DNA of 64,000 nucleotides from Octopus sinensis (taxonomy: Eukaryota): contig NC_042999.1 of assembly GCF_006345805.1 (NCBI RefSeq), positions 86,056,001 through 86,120,000 of the forward strand, given 5' to 3'. Positions 13,738-25,893 of the stretch are shown here, in pieces; within the stretch, counting starts at the first letter, position 1; each line of letters starts with the position of its first letter. The position numbers and the translations under genes are program-made. The notes beneath the pieces are model-generated. The model searched no databases, was not told the DNA's origin, and was given only the letters and a program-made list of their open reading frames with translations.

Positions 13738-14821
13738 TATATCATATATAATTCTTAAACAAGAATATCATTGGCAGCGACTTCTAAGTTCCGCCGAAAC
13801 TTCGATGTCACTGCCAGTAATATTCTTGTTTAAGAATAATAAATTTGTACTCTACAAAAGAGTGTAGAGTAATCCATGAGATTAATGTAACGTTGTTTCT
13901 ATTATATTATAACTGAATATAAAAGCAAACACACAAACACACACACACACACACACATACACGCCCATTCTAATCAATTATCACTTAAAGGCCAAAGTCT
14001 TGATTTATTTCAGGCAGATCTGTTTTCAGCTGTGAGTTGTACGTTAAGAAAAGAAAAAGAATTTGAAAGAGGAATGCATCGATAATAAATGGAGTAATAG
14101 ATGGAAGATTAAAAGTTAGACATTCACAGTTTATGAATTCTTTGTGCAATATATACAGAAGGAATGTAACATCTTTGCTGTGACATATTTGGAACCTGAG
14201 CAGAAATTATGAGCGTAATTGTAAGCTAGAAAACAATCCTCTACGTAAATACTTCTGTGAAGTGTTTCGAAAAAAAAATCATTGTGAGACAAATATGCAT
14301 GCTCAATAAGATCATATCCCTGAATAAACATAAAAATCAATTCAGGCCGAAAATTTACCCTAATTGCCAACAGGTTGAATATTTAGCTTCAGTATTGTAG
14401 CAGGATGTCAGCATTATAGTAGTAGACCACAAAAGCTATGTCCACTTAATAGATTGATCAATGAAAGGAGGTTATTCAATAGATAGACCAATAAAAATGT
14501 TAGGGATACAATGGGACATAATTATTTGATCATCTGATTTCAGACCAAAGAAAAAATACCCCATCCCACCCCCACAAAAAAACGGAAGTTTAAATTATAT
14601 AGGAATAGATTTTACACTATATATTGAATACTATTTTGATTACAATGCTTAACATTTTTTGTACATATATATATTTACCTATTTGTATGCATGCATATAC
14701 ATGTGTGCGTATATTTATATATATATTATATAATATATATATATATACACAAGCACACACATTTATATTGAAGAGAGAGAAAGAGAGAGAGAGAGAGAAT
14801 AAGAGGGATAGACCATAATAC

Positions 14822-14826
<5 letters not shown>

Positions 14827-14864
<38 letters not shown>

Positions 14865-14939
14865 TTATATATACATAATATATACTATATATATATTATA
14901 TATATACATTATATATATATATATATATATATACATATA

Positions 14940-14983
<44 letters not shown>

Positions 14984-15016
14984 ATATATATATATACTAT
15001 ATATATATATATACAC

Positions 15017-15047
<31 letters not shown>

Positions 15048-15261
15048 CATATATATAATACATATATATATAATATATATATACATATATATATACATAT
15101 ATATATATATATACATATCTATATATACATATATATATACATATATATATATATACATATATATATACATATATATATACATATATATATTATATATACA
15201 TATATATATATACATATATATATATACATTATATATATATATTAATATATATATTATATAC

Positions 15262-15297
<36 letters not shown>

Positions 15298-15501
15298 TAC
15301 ATATATATATATAATATATATATATATAATATACATATATATATATAATATATATATATATATACATATAATATACATATATATATATATATATTATAAT
15401 ATATATATACATATATATATATAATATATATATATATTACATATATATATTATATTATATACAATATATATATTTACACATATATATATACATATATATA
15501 T

Positions 15502-15550
<49 letters not shown>
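14827..15550. repeat. Very long interrupted (TA)n tract, about 720 bp
   Basis: Directly visible; interrupted by CATA and TAA units. Confidence 0.97.
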
Positions 15551-15555
<5 letters not shown>

Positions 15556-15946
15556 GAGAGAGAGAGGACGGATGGTGGGAAGAGAGAAAGAGGTAAAGAG
15601 GTAAACACGAGGGAAGAAGAAATAAAGATGTTAGAAAATAGATTAGGAAATGGTTAGTTTGGGCGTTCGAGTTGGAAAGAGCTGGGACTCTGGCCTGATG
15701 AACATGTTTCATGCAACACTGGTCAACTTCTGAAAACCTTTCAGTAATATATCTGACTCAATAGTTAAGCGATGTAAAAGCACTTCGGTGTTAGTCACTC
15801 TTAGAAAAGTTCTATGGTTGGCAATCAAGTATAGTTTAGCAATCAGAATACAATTGTAGTTCTGCTCATATTTCATCGTAGCAGTAATTTTCATGAAAAT
15901 TTATATACTGTTGAGCTTGAAAATATCTTAAAAATTAAAATACTCA

Positions 15947-16005
<59 letters not shown>

Positions 16006-16156
16006 CACACACACACAAACACACAAACACACACACACAAACACAAACACACACACACAAACACACACACACACACTATAATCACACAAATTGAAACAAT
16101 CAGAGAAACAAGAAGATTGCAAAAAGAATGCCAAACTTCGTACTATTTTCCATAAA

Positions 16157-16340
16157 CCGTATTTTCTGGCAAACAAATGGAAATTTTCAGACCAAAATTT
16201 GCGTCTTATACGCCATGACATCTTTGGAGGACTAAAAATTCCTTCTGAAATGAAGCAGGATTTGGAAAGCTAGAGATGTTTGAATGTTTGTACTATGTTT
16301 ACACCATAAACTACGTAGAGTGGTTTGCAGGAAAATACAA
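16157..16340 (+). mobile_element. Non-autonomous DNA transposon fragment (Tc2/pogo-like), copy 2
   Basis: Direct homologue of 6520-6720 (ACCGTATTTTCTGGCA, AAAAATTCC..TGAAATG.AGCAGGATTTGGAAAG). Confidence 0.5.
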
Positions 16341-17075
16341 TACCAAAAATGCATGAGAATTCAATGTATCTTTTTCTTCGTAATTCCTTAACTTCAAATT
16401 CATATTTCTAATCCATGCTATTATCAAGAAATGATCATCTCCATTGAAATTGCTGCCAGCACTAAGGTAACCATGTATATTTAAGATGCATGTATTATAA
16501 GAAAATATGCAAAAGTTAAGGAAGACTAGAAAAGATTGAAAGCAATCTTTTTTTTTTCTGGGATACTGATAAAAATCTTGATAAATTAAACCATATATGG
16601 ACTAATCTAGAACATCTTAACACCTATAAGCATGTTCTATGAACTAAAAAAAAAAAGTGTAGTTTAAAAATTTTTGGAAGAGCATCCGAAGGTCAGAAAA
16701 GCAGAGAAGTAGTTTTTTGCCAACAAATATGTCGAGCAGATGTAACTTCCGGGTTAGCCAACTGTGAGAACTAACTCGATAGTAATTTTCAGTTAGTCCG
16801 TTTCAATTACCTTTTGAACGATGCCCTTGGAACTAGCAAGGCTACTATAAAATGCCGAGTTCTTTCTACTGTAATTGTTCACTTTATGTCTACAACTTTC
16901 ATTGTGGTCAATATCATAAATATAGATGAACTCCACCACGTTACATGTTTGATTTAGCACAAAGTCTAATGTCTTTAGTAATACATTTCGATAAATTACA
17001 AAATCTTTATTGTCTCTTTCAAGCGTTGAAAGCTTACCTAGCTAAAATTTGTAAAATGATTACATCGTAGAAATA

Positions 17076-17285
17076 ACTTTCTCTAGATTTTGGCACAAGA
17101 CCAACAATTTTAAGGGGTGAGAGAAGTCGATTACATCGATGAAAGTGTTCTACTGGTACTTATTTTATCGACGCCGAAAGGATGAAAAGCAAAACTCGGC
17201 GGAATTTAAACTCAGAACGTAGGGACGGATGAAATATCGCTAAGCATTTTCTCTGGCGTGCAAACGTTTCTGACTGCTCGCAACC
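17076..17285 (-). mobile_element. SINE family A, full length with 16-bp TSD
   Basis: Core GAACTCAGAACGTA / CGAAAGGATGAA / TGGTACTTATTTTATCGA; flanked by direct repeat TTACATCGTAGAAATA (17060-17075 and 17286-17301). Confidence 0.9.
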
Positions 17286-17316
17286 TTACATCGTAGAAAT
17301 ATTGATTTTTAACATT

Positions 17317-17445
17317 GGTACAAAGCCTCAAACTTGAGGGAGGGATACGATCAATTATATTGATAGCAGTACTTGACTGGTACTCTATTCTATCGAATTC
17401 AAAGGGACGAAAGTTGACTGCAGCAGGATTTGAATTCACCGCCGT
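17317..17445 (-). mobile_element. SINE family A, partial and diverged
   Basis: ACTGGTACTCTATTCTATCGA...AAAGTTGACTGCAGCAGGATTTGAATTCA matches the family core. Confidence 0.7.
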
Positions 17446-17893
17446 AAAACTATTAAAATGAAGAAATTTATGGACTAAAACATACATTTTTCAAGTGATA
17501 TAAAAAAGAAAAGGTAATAATAGAAGGAAAGAAAGAAAAATAAAATAAAATAAAAGAATACATGAAATGAAGTGAAATAGCATTTGTGAGAGAGAAAAGG
17601 TGTGTTGAAAATAGCAGAGACGATGGGGGTAAAATACCTATGAGTTAAATGGGGACACCTTTTCCTTTTCTACCTAAAAGAAAGACGAGAAAAGTTGATT
17701 GTAAAATCCTGATGTAAATGAGAGGAATTAATATATTTTAGTATTTCAATATTTTAATATTTCTAATAATTGAATTATTTCAATTTATTTTCACAAATAA
17801 AAGATTAAAAAAAACATACAAACACATACATGTAATTAACATTCAATGCATGAAATAAACCTACTGATAAAATAAAGGAATTAGATCACCTAC

Positions 17894-18186
17894 CCGTCTT
17901 CCAGCTTCATTGTTATGAAGATTCATAAGCATTCTGGCTAATCCACGCGAGAAACGCGGATAATTTCTTTCTTTCTCTCGTTTATCAATAAAACCAACTG
18001 CAAATTTGTAGGCATGCTCAATGTTGTCCCCACATTCTCCCCATAGCCAATCTTTATGTATCGTCGGTGGCCGAGGGGCTTCACTGCATCCACACCGAGA
18101 TAACTGACCTTGTTGACATGCTCGACTGATGGAATATACTACACCAGAAGAAGATATAGCATGTGTGAAACCATTTTCTCGACTAC
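17894..18186 (-). CDS. Wnt5: Internal coding exon of a Wnt5-family ligand (293 nt, phase 1 to phase 0)
   Basis: Translation GSRENGFTHAISSSGVVYSISRACQQGQLSRCGCSEAPRPPTIHKDWLWGECGDNIEHAYKFAVGFIDKREKERNYPRFSRGLARMLMNLHNNEAGRR aligns without gaps to the recalled WNT5A segment GSRETAFTYAVSAAGVV...[31 protein letters not shown]...ARILMNLHNNEAGRR. Acceptor is T-rich ...TTGATTCCAG (AG at 18188-18187). Donor is CGG|GTAGGT (GT at 17893-17892). Confidence 0.95.
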
Positions 18187-18560
18187 CTGGAATCAACGAG
18201 AAATTAAATTGAAAATTGTTTTGAACAGTCTTAGAATTAAATTACTTCTAAATCGCCTTATTATGTGGATAGAGCTATTATTTAAGATAATGACTAATTT
18301 TTATTATTATTTTTCTCAGTATCTAAGTGTTTATAAATCATATCTTTAATCACACTATTTTTTTTTATTTAGCAAGCCAAACTTTATCAAATAAAAAGAA
18401 ACGACAATTAATTTGTGAATTGGATAAAAGTAACGATACTTAAAGTGGGTATGTCCATCAAACTCTGACACGAAATTTTTATGAATAAAATGATAATATT
18501 CGACAAACGGCAATTTTCTAGGAGTAAATTTTAATGACAATACAAATATTAGTTTCAAAC

Positions 18561-18738
18561 TTTGGCAAAAGGCCAGCAATTTCAGGGGAGGAGTGAGCCG
18601 ATTGCATTGACCGTAGTGCTTAACTGATACTTATTTTTTGACCCCTAAAAGATGAATTTGAACTCAGAACGTAAAGACGGACGGAATGCCGCTAAGCATT
18701 TTGCCCCACGTGCTAACGATTGTGCTAGCTCGCACGAC
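18561..18738 (-). mobile_element. SINE family A
   Basis: TTGGCAAAAGGCCAGCAATTTC...GAACTCAGAACGTAAAGACGG...GCTAAGCATTT. Confidence 0.85.
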
Positions 18739-18780
18739 ACAAATATTAACTGATGTTTCAATCGGCTTTTTAAGATGGGG

Positions 18781-18972
18781 AAAGGTGGCGAGCTGGCGCC
18801 GGAGAAAATAGTCGGAAAAATGCTTAGCAGCATTACTTCCGATTTTACGTTCTGAGTTCAAATTCTGCCGAGGTCGACTTTTGGGGTCGATAAAATAAGT
18901 TTAAATTGAATACTGAGGTCGATATAATCGTCAGCCCCCCACCCAAGTTTTTAGCATTATGACAAAATTTGA
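18781..18972 (+). mobile_element. SINE family A
   Basis: GGCGAGCTGGC...AATGCTTAGC...TTACGTTCTGAGTTCAAATTCTGCCGAGGTCGACTT. Confidence 0.85.
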
Positions 18973-18990
18973 AGTCATTATTAAGATGTA

Positions 18991-19198
18991 AAAGGCGGAG
19001 AGCTGGCAGAATTGTTAGCACGCCTGGAAAATGTTTAGCGACATTTTGCTCATCTTTACATTCTGAGTTCAAACGCTGCCAAGGTTGATTTTATCTTTCA
19101 TCCTTTTCAAGTCGATGAAATAAATACCAGTCGAACACTGGAGTCAATGTAATCGACTAACCCTCTCTCCCGAACTTACTGGCCTTGTGTCAAAAATT
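18991..19198 (+). mobile_element. SINE family A
   Basis: GGCGGAGAGCTGGCAGAATTGTTAGCACG...TTCTGAGTTCAAA...ACTGGCCTTGTG. Confidence 0.85.
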
Positions 19199-19630
19199 AA
19201 TATCAAGATGGTGACTTTTTGCAGTTCGAATTTAGTTTATTTTTTTTTAGAATGGAAAATTAAGTAAATGTCGAAATGTTCTGCTTTATGTTTCTTCTTT
19301 AAATAAAAATAGGTAGATGTCATTAATCTTTAATTAAAAAAATTGATTTGATTTTTATTTTACAACTGAGGGAGTTCAATATGAAGACAAAGACAAACAT
19401 ATATCGTATAAGTTAAATTAAAAACACTTAAAATGTAGATTTTCTGATAAGAAGACTGTTTTTACATCACAAAATCTAATATATAAAAAATGATCCGGAG
19501 ATAATTAACAAACGTTATTATTTAGAAAGCTGTACATACAGATTCAGGGACAAAGTATTTAGTAACTAATACTGATGACAATGATAACAGTAGGAGTTCT
19601 TGGAATAACAATAATAGTTGTTTTTAATAG

Positions 19631-19823
19631 AGGCATGAATTTGGGGAAACGGAATAGTAAGTTATAATGATCCCAGTATCTGACTGGTACTTTATTTTAT
19701 CGACCAAGTAAGGATGAAAAGTAAAGTCGACATAGGCGAGATTTGAACTTAGAATGTGAAGAGCTCGAAGATATGCCATTAAGGCTTTTGGCCTACACGA
19801 TAGCAATTCTGCCAGCTCCCCTT
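19631..19823 (-). mobile_element. SINE family A
   Basis: ACTGGTACTTTATTTTATCGACC...AAAGTCGAC...ATTTGAACTTAGAA...TTCTGCCAGCTC. Confidence 0.8.
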
Positions 19824-19840
19824 CATAATAGTCCTTTCTT

Positions 19841-20042
19841 ATTTTGGCACAAAACAAGCAATTTAGCCGTGAGGAAGTCGCTGACATCAACCCCAATGCT
19901 TAACTGGTACTTATTTTATCGACCTCAAAAGGCTGAACGGCAAAGTCGACATCAGCAGAATTTGGACTCAGAAGTTAAAGCCGGAAGAAATTATTGCAAA
20001 GCATTTTATTCGACGCATTAGCGATTCTGCCAATACACCATT
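19841..20042 (-). mobile_element. SINE family A
   Basis: TTTGGCACAA...AACTGGTACTTATTTTATCGACCTC...GGCAAAGTCGAC...GATTCTGCCA. Confidence 0.8.
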
Positions 20043-21825
20043 TCATCCAAAACGACCGTGATGGGCAAGTTGACATCATAAGGTTAAATTGCAGAAATGG
20101 CGGGAGAAAATTTGTTTATATATGTGTTTATGATCGGAAATAGATATGTTTTAATCAATACGAAAAAAGTTAAGATAATCGCTAAACAATAATGAAATGT
20201 CTAAGAAATATAAGCAAACATATACAAAGTTACTTTATATCTGTATCCTCTAGAAGAAAGATCATACAGAATAATAGTTAGTTTGTCCGGGTACGACTAT
20301 TAATATTAATAATACACCAATATATACAGAATTGTTGCAACTGAAGAAGTAATTTACATATATTCATTTCCTTGCTGCATGATTTTTTTTTATTTCACGC
20401 TTTTATTTCTGCAAGTAAGGCTAGGAAATGGAGATATCTAAGTGAGATAAGAAAATACTTGTTTATTATGAAAATACTCTTCCTCAAATTGTAAATATGA
20501 AAATAGTATTTTAATAATTTTTATGGAAACTATTACATATTGGTCTATAATACTCCAGAGATTACATATACCAGAGAAACAGTTTAGAAGAAAAGAAAGG
20601 AATAAAATGCATCTCTTCATATATTATACACGACTTCCAATTATTTGCTACCATTGAATGACAGAAGTGGGTTAATAAGAAGAAATTTGGTGGCATAAAT
20701 ATGTCAGAGGAAAAGAAGGCTAATGTTTGGCAAAGCAGTAGACTGAATAGGAGATAGAGAACATTAGTCTGCATTCTTGTAAAGACTGGTATGTAGAATT
20801 CGGCTGATACATAAAGAAGCTGTAACTTATAAAGAGCTCTTATATATAAAATAATTGTTTGCAGTTTCTATTGAAGAAGATGATGATCGAAAATATTTCC
20901 ATGCGAACTAACTCTGCGTGATTAAGATTGATTGAAAAGAAAATCCCCTTTACCCAAAGTTAAATGCTTACTCCATACGTCATCCTTTTGTTTTACTTGT
21001 TATAATTAAAATTCAATGTTGAATTAACATTTTGCTTTGACCTGAACCTAAAGAATTTCGAGAAAATAAACAAAATAAGGTAGCAATTTTCAGTATCAGA
21101 TGTCTCTCTAGACGTTGATTAAATAATGTGTTTTGTAGAGTCAGTACCACGTTACGTTTCTGTACTGAATGTCATTCATTTCCTGCAGTAGACGATGTCG
21201 TATTGAAAGAATTACGTAAATACCATTTTCTGTTCCTTTATTATAATATATCAAGGCTTCATTTATTGAGTAATATTAGGAAAATAGATGACTACTTAAT
21301 ATGAGGCTATAATAATGTATATGCACCAGTATTATAAATATGTATTCAAAGAGCCAACAAGGAAACATCTGTGTGGTCACTATACCTCCTAAAAACAACG
21401 GCAAATTTCCCTCAAACTACAACCCAATCAAGTTAAAATATGTATTGCAGTTCGTGGTACAGTTTTCCCTCAAAAAGAAAAGTTCATCATTGCTAGAATT
21501 TCTACGATTCTAGGTTTGCTCGACGGGAGACAGCTTCAGTTTAGGCAACAACATAAAAGTTAAAAACAGACACATTAAAATTTATTAGAAAGCAATACGA
21601 AGATTCATCTTTTGCTACAGTTAACCTGCGACTAAATGTGTGAAGCCTTTCAATTAATATGGACAGAGGGACACACGTAAGTAACAGTAATATACGAACA
21701 GAATGTGTATATGGACTTTTAATCACAAAATTTGAGATGAGGGTTAGAATGCCATGACATACATATTTTCCGAAAGACATTAGAAGCGTATTAGAATCGA
21801 GAACCAAAAGTCTGGTGAATTATCA

Positions 21826-21948
<123 letters not shown>

Positions 21949-21953
21949 GTTTT

Positions 21954-22256
21954 GGCACGTGGCTCCGTGGTTAGGGTATTCGGATCACGCCTTGTGTCCT
22001 TGAGCAAGACACCTTGTTTCACGTTGCTCCAGTTCACTCAGCTGCCAAAAATGAATAGTACCTGTATTTCAAAGGGCCAGCCTTTGTAACATTCTGTGTT
22101 ACATTTTGTGTCGCGCTGAGTATCCTTGAGAACTACTTTAAGGATATGCATATCTGCCGAGTGCTTAGTCACTTGCACGTTAATTTCACGAGCAGGCTGT
22201 TCCGTTGATCGGATCAACTGGAATCCCCCTCGTCGTCATAAACGACGAAGTGCCAG
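21954..22256 (+). mobile_element. tRNA-derived SINE (family B, long-tail type)
   Basis: Head GGCACGTGGCTCCGTGGTTAGG, core GTGTCCTTGAGCAAGACAC...CACTCAGCTG; tail homologous to 37540-37717. Confidence 0.85.
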
Positions 22257-22274
22257 TTTATATATACATATAAA

Positions 22275-22480
22275 AATGTGACCGCGTGTGTACCGTTGGC
22301 GATTTTTTTCCCTCTGTCTTCCCTTCTTTGGATCTTTCCTTCTATGTTTCCGACGAAGAGCTCCGCTCGAAACGTTAAACTCTACTTCTTCCCTTCCTTC
22401 CTTCCTGAGCGTCCAATAATACTATATTTGTTCCACGTCCACGCGTTGTTGTGTTTTCATGTTTGGATTAACTATATAAA
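22275..22480 (+). mobile_element. Penelope-like element terminal repeat
   Basis: Contains the CGACGAAGAGCTCCGCTCGAAACGTT signature typical of PLE termini; ends in (TA)n. Confidence 0.7.
22346..22380 (+). ncRNA. Minimal type I hammerhead ribozyme motif (U4C variant, probably inactive)
   Basis: GTTT [stem I] C-C-GACGA + extra A, GAGC-TCC-GCTC [stem II], GAA-ACGT [palindromic stem III], T, AAAC [stem I']. The core CUGANGA reads CCGACGA. Confidence 0.6.
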
Positions 22481-22489
22481 TATATATAT

Positions 22490-22520
<31 letters not shown>

Positions 22521-22522
22521 AT

Positions 22523-22556
<34 letters not shown>

Positions 22557-22779
22557 ATATATATATATATATAATCGTTGACATAATGTATTGAAAATTT
22601 AACGCGGTAACGCAGCGCCCTTCTCCTTGTGCAAATAAATATCATTAATACCTTATCTAGGCCGTGGGGATGGGGAACCTTTTGGTCCGATGAGTCAAAA
22701 TACCAAATCTCTTTAAAAATCCTTTTAGTGGAGTGTCACATACACACACAAAAACACACACACACATACACACACAGAG

Positions 22780-22960
22780 TTCAAATTTACAGATAACAAA
22801 AGACGAAGACAGGTGAGGGAACTACAAGCAGGTGTGTTAGTTTGACGACTCGGGAAGAATGGAAAAATGTTTGACGTCTTGGGTCTTCGACAGAAAGGGT
22901 CGAAAGGGGAAAAATAGAGAGAACGAAAAAAACGGAGAGAAACAATGTTTAGGAATTAAC
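22780..22960 (-). mobile_element. Second, more decayed Penelope-like terminus
   Basis: Minus strand TTT-CTGTCGAAG...GACGTC-AAAC at 22869-22897 is a collapsed version of the same hammerhead-like signature. Confidence 0.45.
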
Positions 22961-23282
22961 GGTTCAACATGAAATGTATGATTGTTTCAGGTGATTGTTT
23001 ATAGACAAACTTTTTATAACATGCTGTAAGATATAGCAGAGAGATTTTTTCCACAAGTTCATGGTTTTTCACTTAAAAACCAGCAACATGTCACTGTGAC
23101 CGGCTTGTTAAGCATTCACCCTCACTGATCTAGCTGTATTTTTCAATTGTGAAACTAAAAGGGGCATACTAAAAATTACCGTGTTTTTATTTTCAATATT
23201 GAAACAATGCGATGATGAATACATAAGATTTATAGCAAAAATTTCTATTTGAAAGTTATACACTAAGGAAAGTAGTAGCTCC

Positions 23283-23323
<41 letters not shown>

Positions 23324-23333
23324 CACAAATACA

Positions 23334-23430
<97 letters not shown>

Positions 23431-23870
23431 ATGTATATATATATATATGCAGACACGTATACATACGCACATACATATATGCATACACACACACACACAC
23501 GCACGCATTTGCGCGCACGCGCGCACACGAGTGTATGTTAAAACAAAACGCTATTAACGCACTCGTAATTTAATAATTTAATAATAAATATTGTATATTA
23601 CATACAGTAATATCCATTCATAGCGAAGTGACTCACATCGATTCTTTGTTTACAAGATATAACACCAATTAATCAAAGTATGAATGAATTAACTGCTATA
23701 GTTTTTAACATAAAGCTGTATTTGAACATAATAAACAAATTATAATATATAAATTAAATATATATGCAGTGGCCTTTCCGAATAGTTTCTGCTTACCAAA
23801 TTCATTCACAAGGCTCTGGCCAGCTCGATTCTATGGTATAAGACACTCAAATAACTGCACAGTGGAATTA

Positions 23871-23960
<90 letters not shown>

Positions 23961-23978
23961 GTCTATCTATCTTGTCTA

Positions 23979-24013
<35 letters not shown>

Positions 24014-24014
24014 G

Positions 24015-24047
<33 letters not shown>

Positions 24048-24053
24048 TTGTAG

Positions 24054-24270
24054 CGGAGCATGTCTCAATGGATATGTTGTTGAACTCATGATCGTAAGAT
24101 TGTAGTTTCGATCCCTGGACCGGCCGATGCTTTGTGTTCTTGAGCAAAACACTTCATTTCACATTCCTCCATTCAACTCAGCGGCTAAAAAAGAGTAATC
24201 CTGGGATGGACTCACGTTCCGTTCAGGGAGGAATATATACGCCGAAGAAACCAGGAAACATGCCCTATAA
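24054..24270 (+). mobile_element. tRNA-derived SINE (family B, short-tail type)
   Basis: B box GTTTCGATCC, core TTGTGTTCTTGAGCAAAACAC; tail GCC.AGAAACC.GGAAAC as at 6290. Confidence 0.75.
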
Positions 24271-24357
24271 TCAATCCTTACGGAGTAATGTGGACTGACA
24301 TATGAATTTACTTTTATACTTTTATACACTTATATATAAACCTATAGATATCTGTAT

Positions 24358-24388
<31 letters not shown>

Positions 24389-25016
24389 TCAGTTCCTATT
24401 TATAAATTTATTGTTTTTATTAGTCATTGGTAAGTTTACATTATAGCTTATAAGTTTAATATATATTAAGAGTATGTAGTGTTTTTATTATTAATTTCTG
24501 AATTATGAAATAATGTATTTCACTCATAATTATTATATTATTCATTAAATTCAATCGCGGTTTTGTTTTGCAGAGAATTGAAATAAAGCTTTCACTTTCT
24601 GTTATTATAGTAGTATTTATAGAAGATTGGTGGGATTATTATTTGTATAGACTAAAAGATCGGTCGCTATTTAGTATATAATTTAGTTATAGTAGGTTTA
24701 CTATTAATACCGATGCAGATGTACATATATTTATGTGTTTCTTGTATTTTGATTTTAAAGTTAGTGTTTAACCCTGCCTATATTTGATTGGATATTGTTG
24801 TACATAGGGTAAATGTGCTTGAAAGTTGAGTGTTTTTTTGTTGGTATGTTTGTTCCCAAACAGCGCTTCTTTTACTACTGTTGATACCGCCGGATTGAAT
24901 GGTACTGCCCAGGTGTCGAAACCATAATGATATCCGTGGGGCAGCTGATGATGGAGGTATGTTGGATTGTTGGTATGGCTGTTTTTGTATATGTGGATTA
25001 GTGTTATGACACATCC

Positions 25017-25055
<39 letters not shown>

Positions 25056-25536
25056 TATATACATGCATACACACACAATATATATATATGCACACACACA
25101 CATACACACACAAACATATATTGTATAAACCGTCAAGCGAAACTTAAATACCCAGGCAATATGAACTTTACACTAATATTGACTCTACTTTCATTATTGA
25201 ACATTCATCATAAATAAATTTACTGTTGTTATCCTTAAAATTGTTTTAAAATTAACCTTAATTAACCCCCACTTATTTAACGATAAGTGACTCTTGCAAG
25301 ACCAGTGCTGTTGCATTCTTGGGGAAATTCGTCAGACAGAATTAATTAACTGCATCAATACAATTTCTACTTGATATATTGAGTAACTTAAGTATATAAG
25401 GATCGCGGTTTCGATATATATATATACACACACATGTATAAACCCCAAAGCACATGTGTGCATGTGTGTGCGAGTGAGCTACGTTTGTGAATTTATTTTT
25501 CTTCCCATCTAGTGGTTGCTTAATTATTTTTCGCTA

Positions 25537-25675
25537 TATAGGCAAAGTCTATGTCTAATACATACAAATGTATTTATTAAACAATCTTCGTTTATTAAGA
25601 AGCTGATTTATATGTGTCTGTAAATGTATATATATGTGTCTGTATATATATACATATACATACATATATACATAC

Positions 25676-25733
<58 letters not shown>

Positions 25734-25780
25734 CATACATATATATATATTATATATATATATATATATACACATACATA

Positions 25781-25829
<49 letters not shown>

Positions 25830-25862
25830 GTGAATACACACATACACGCACGCACACACACG

Positions 25863-25893
<31 letters not shown>

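Noticed and set aside
16205-16225. Minus-strand R-C-H-G-V resembling the Wnt CKCHGVSGSC motif of the expected next exon
   Set aside because: It is followed immediately by TAA, lacks the preceding Cys, and lies within a dispersed repeat also present at 6520-6720.
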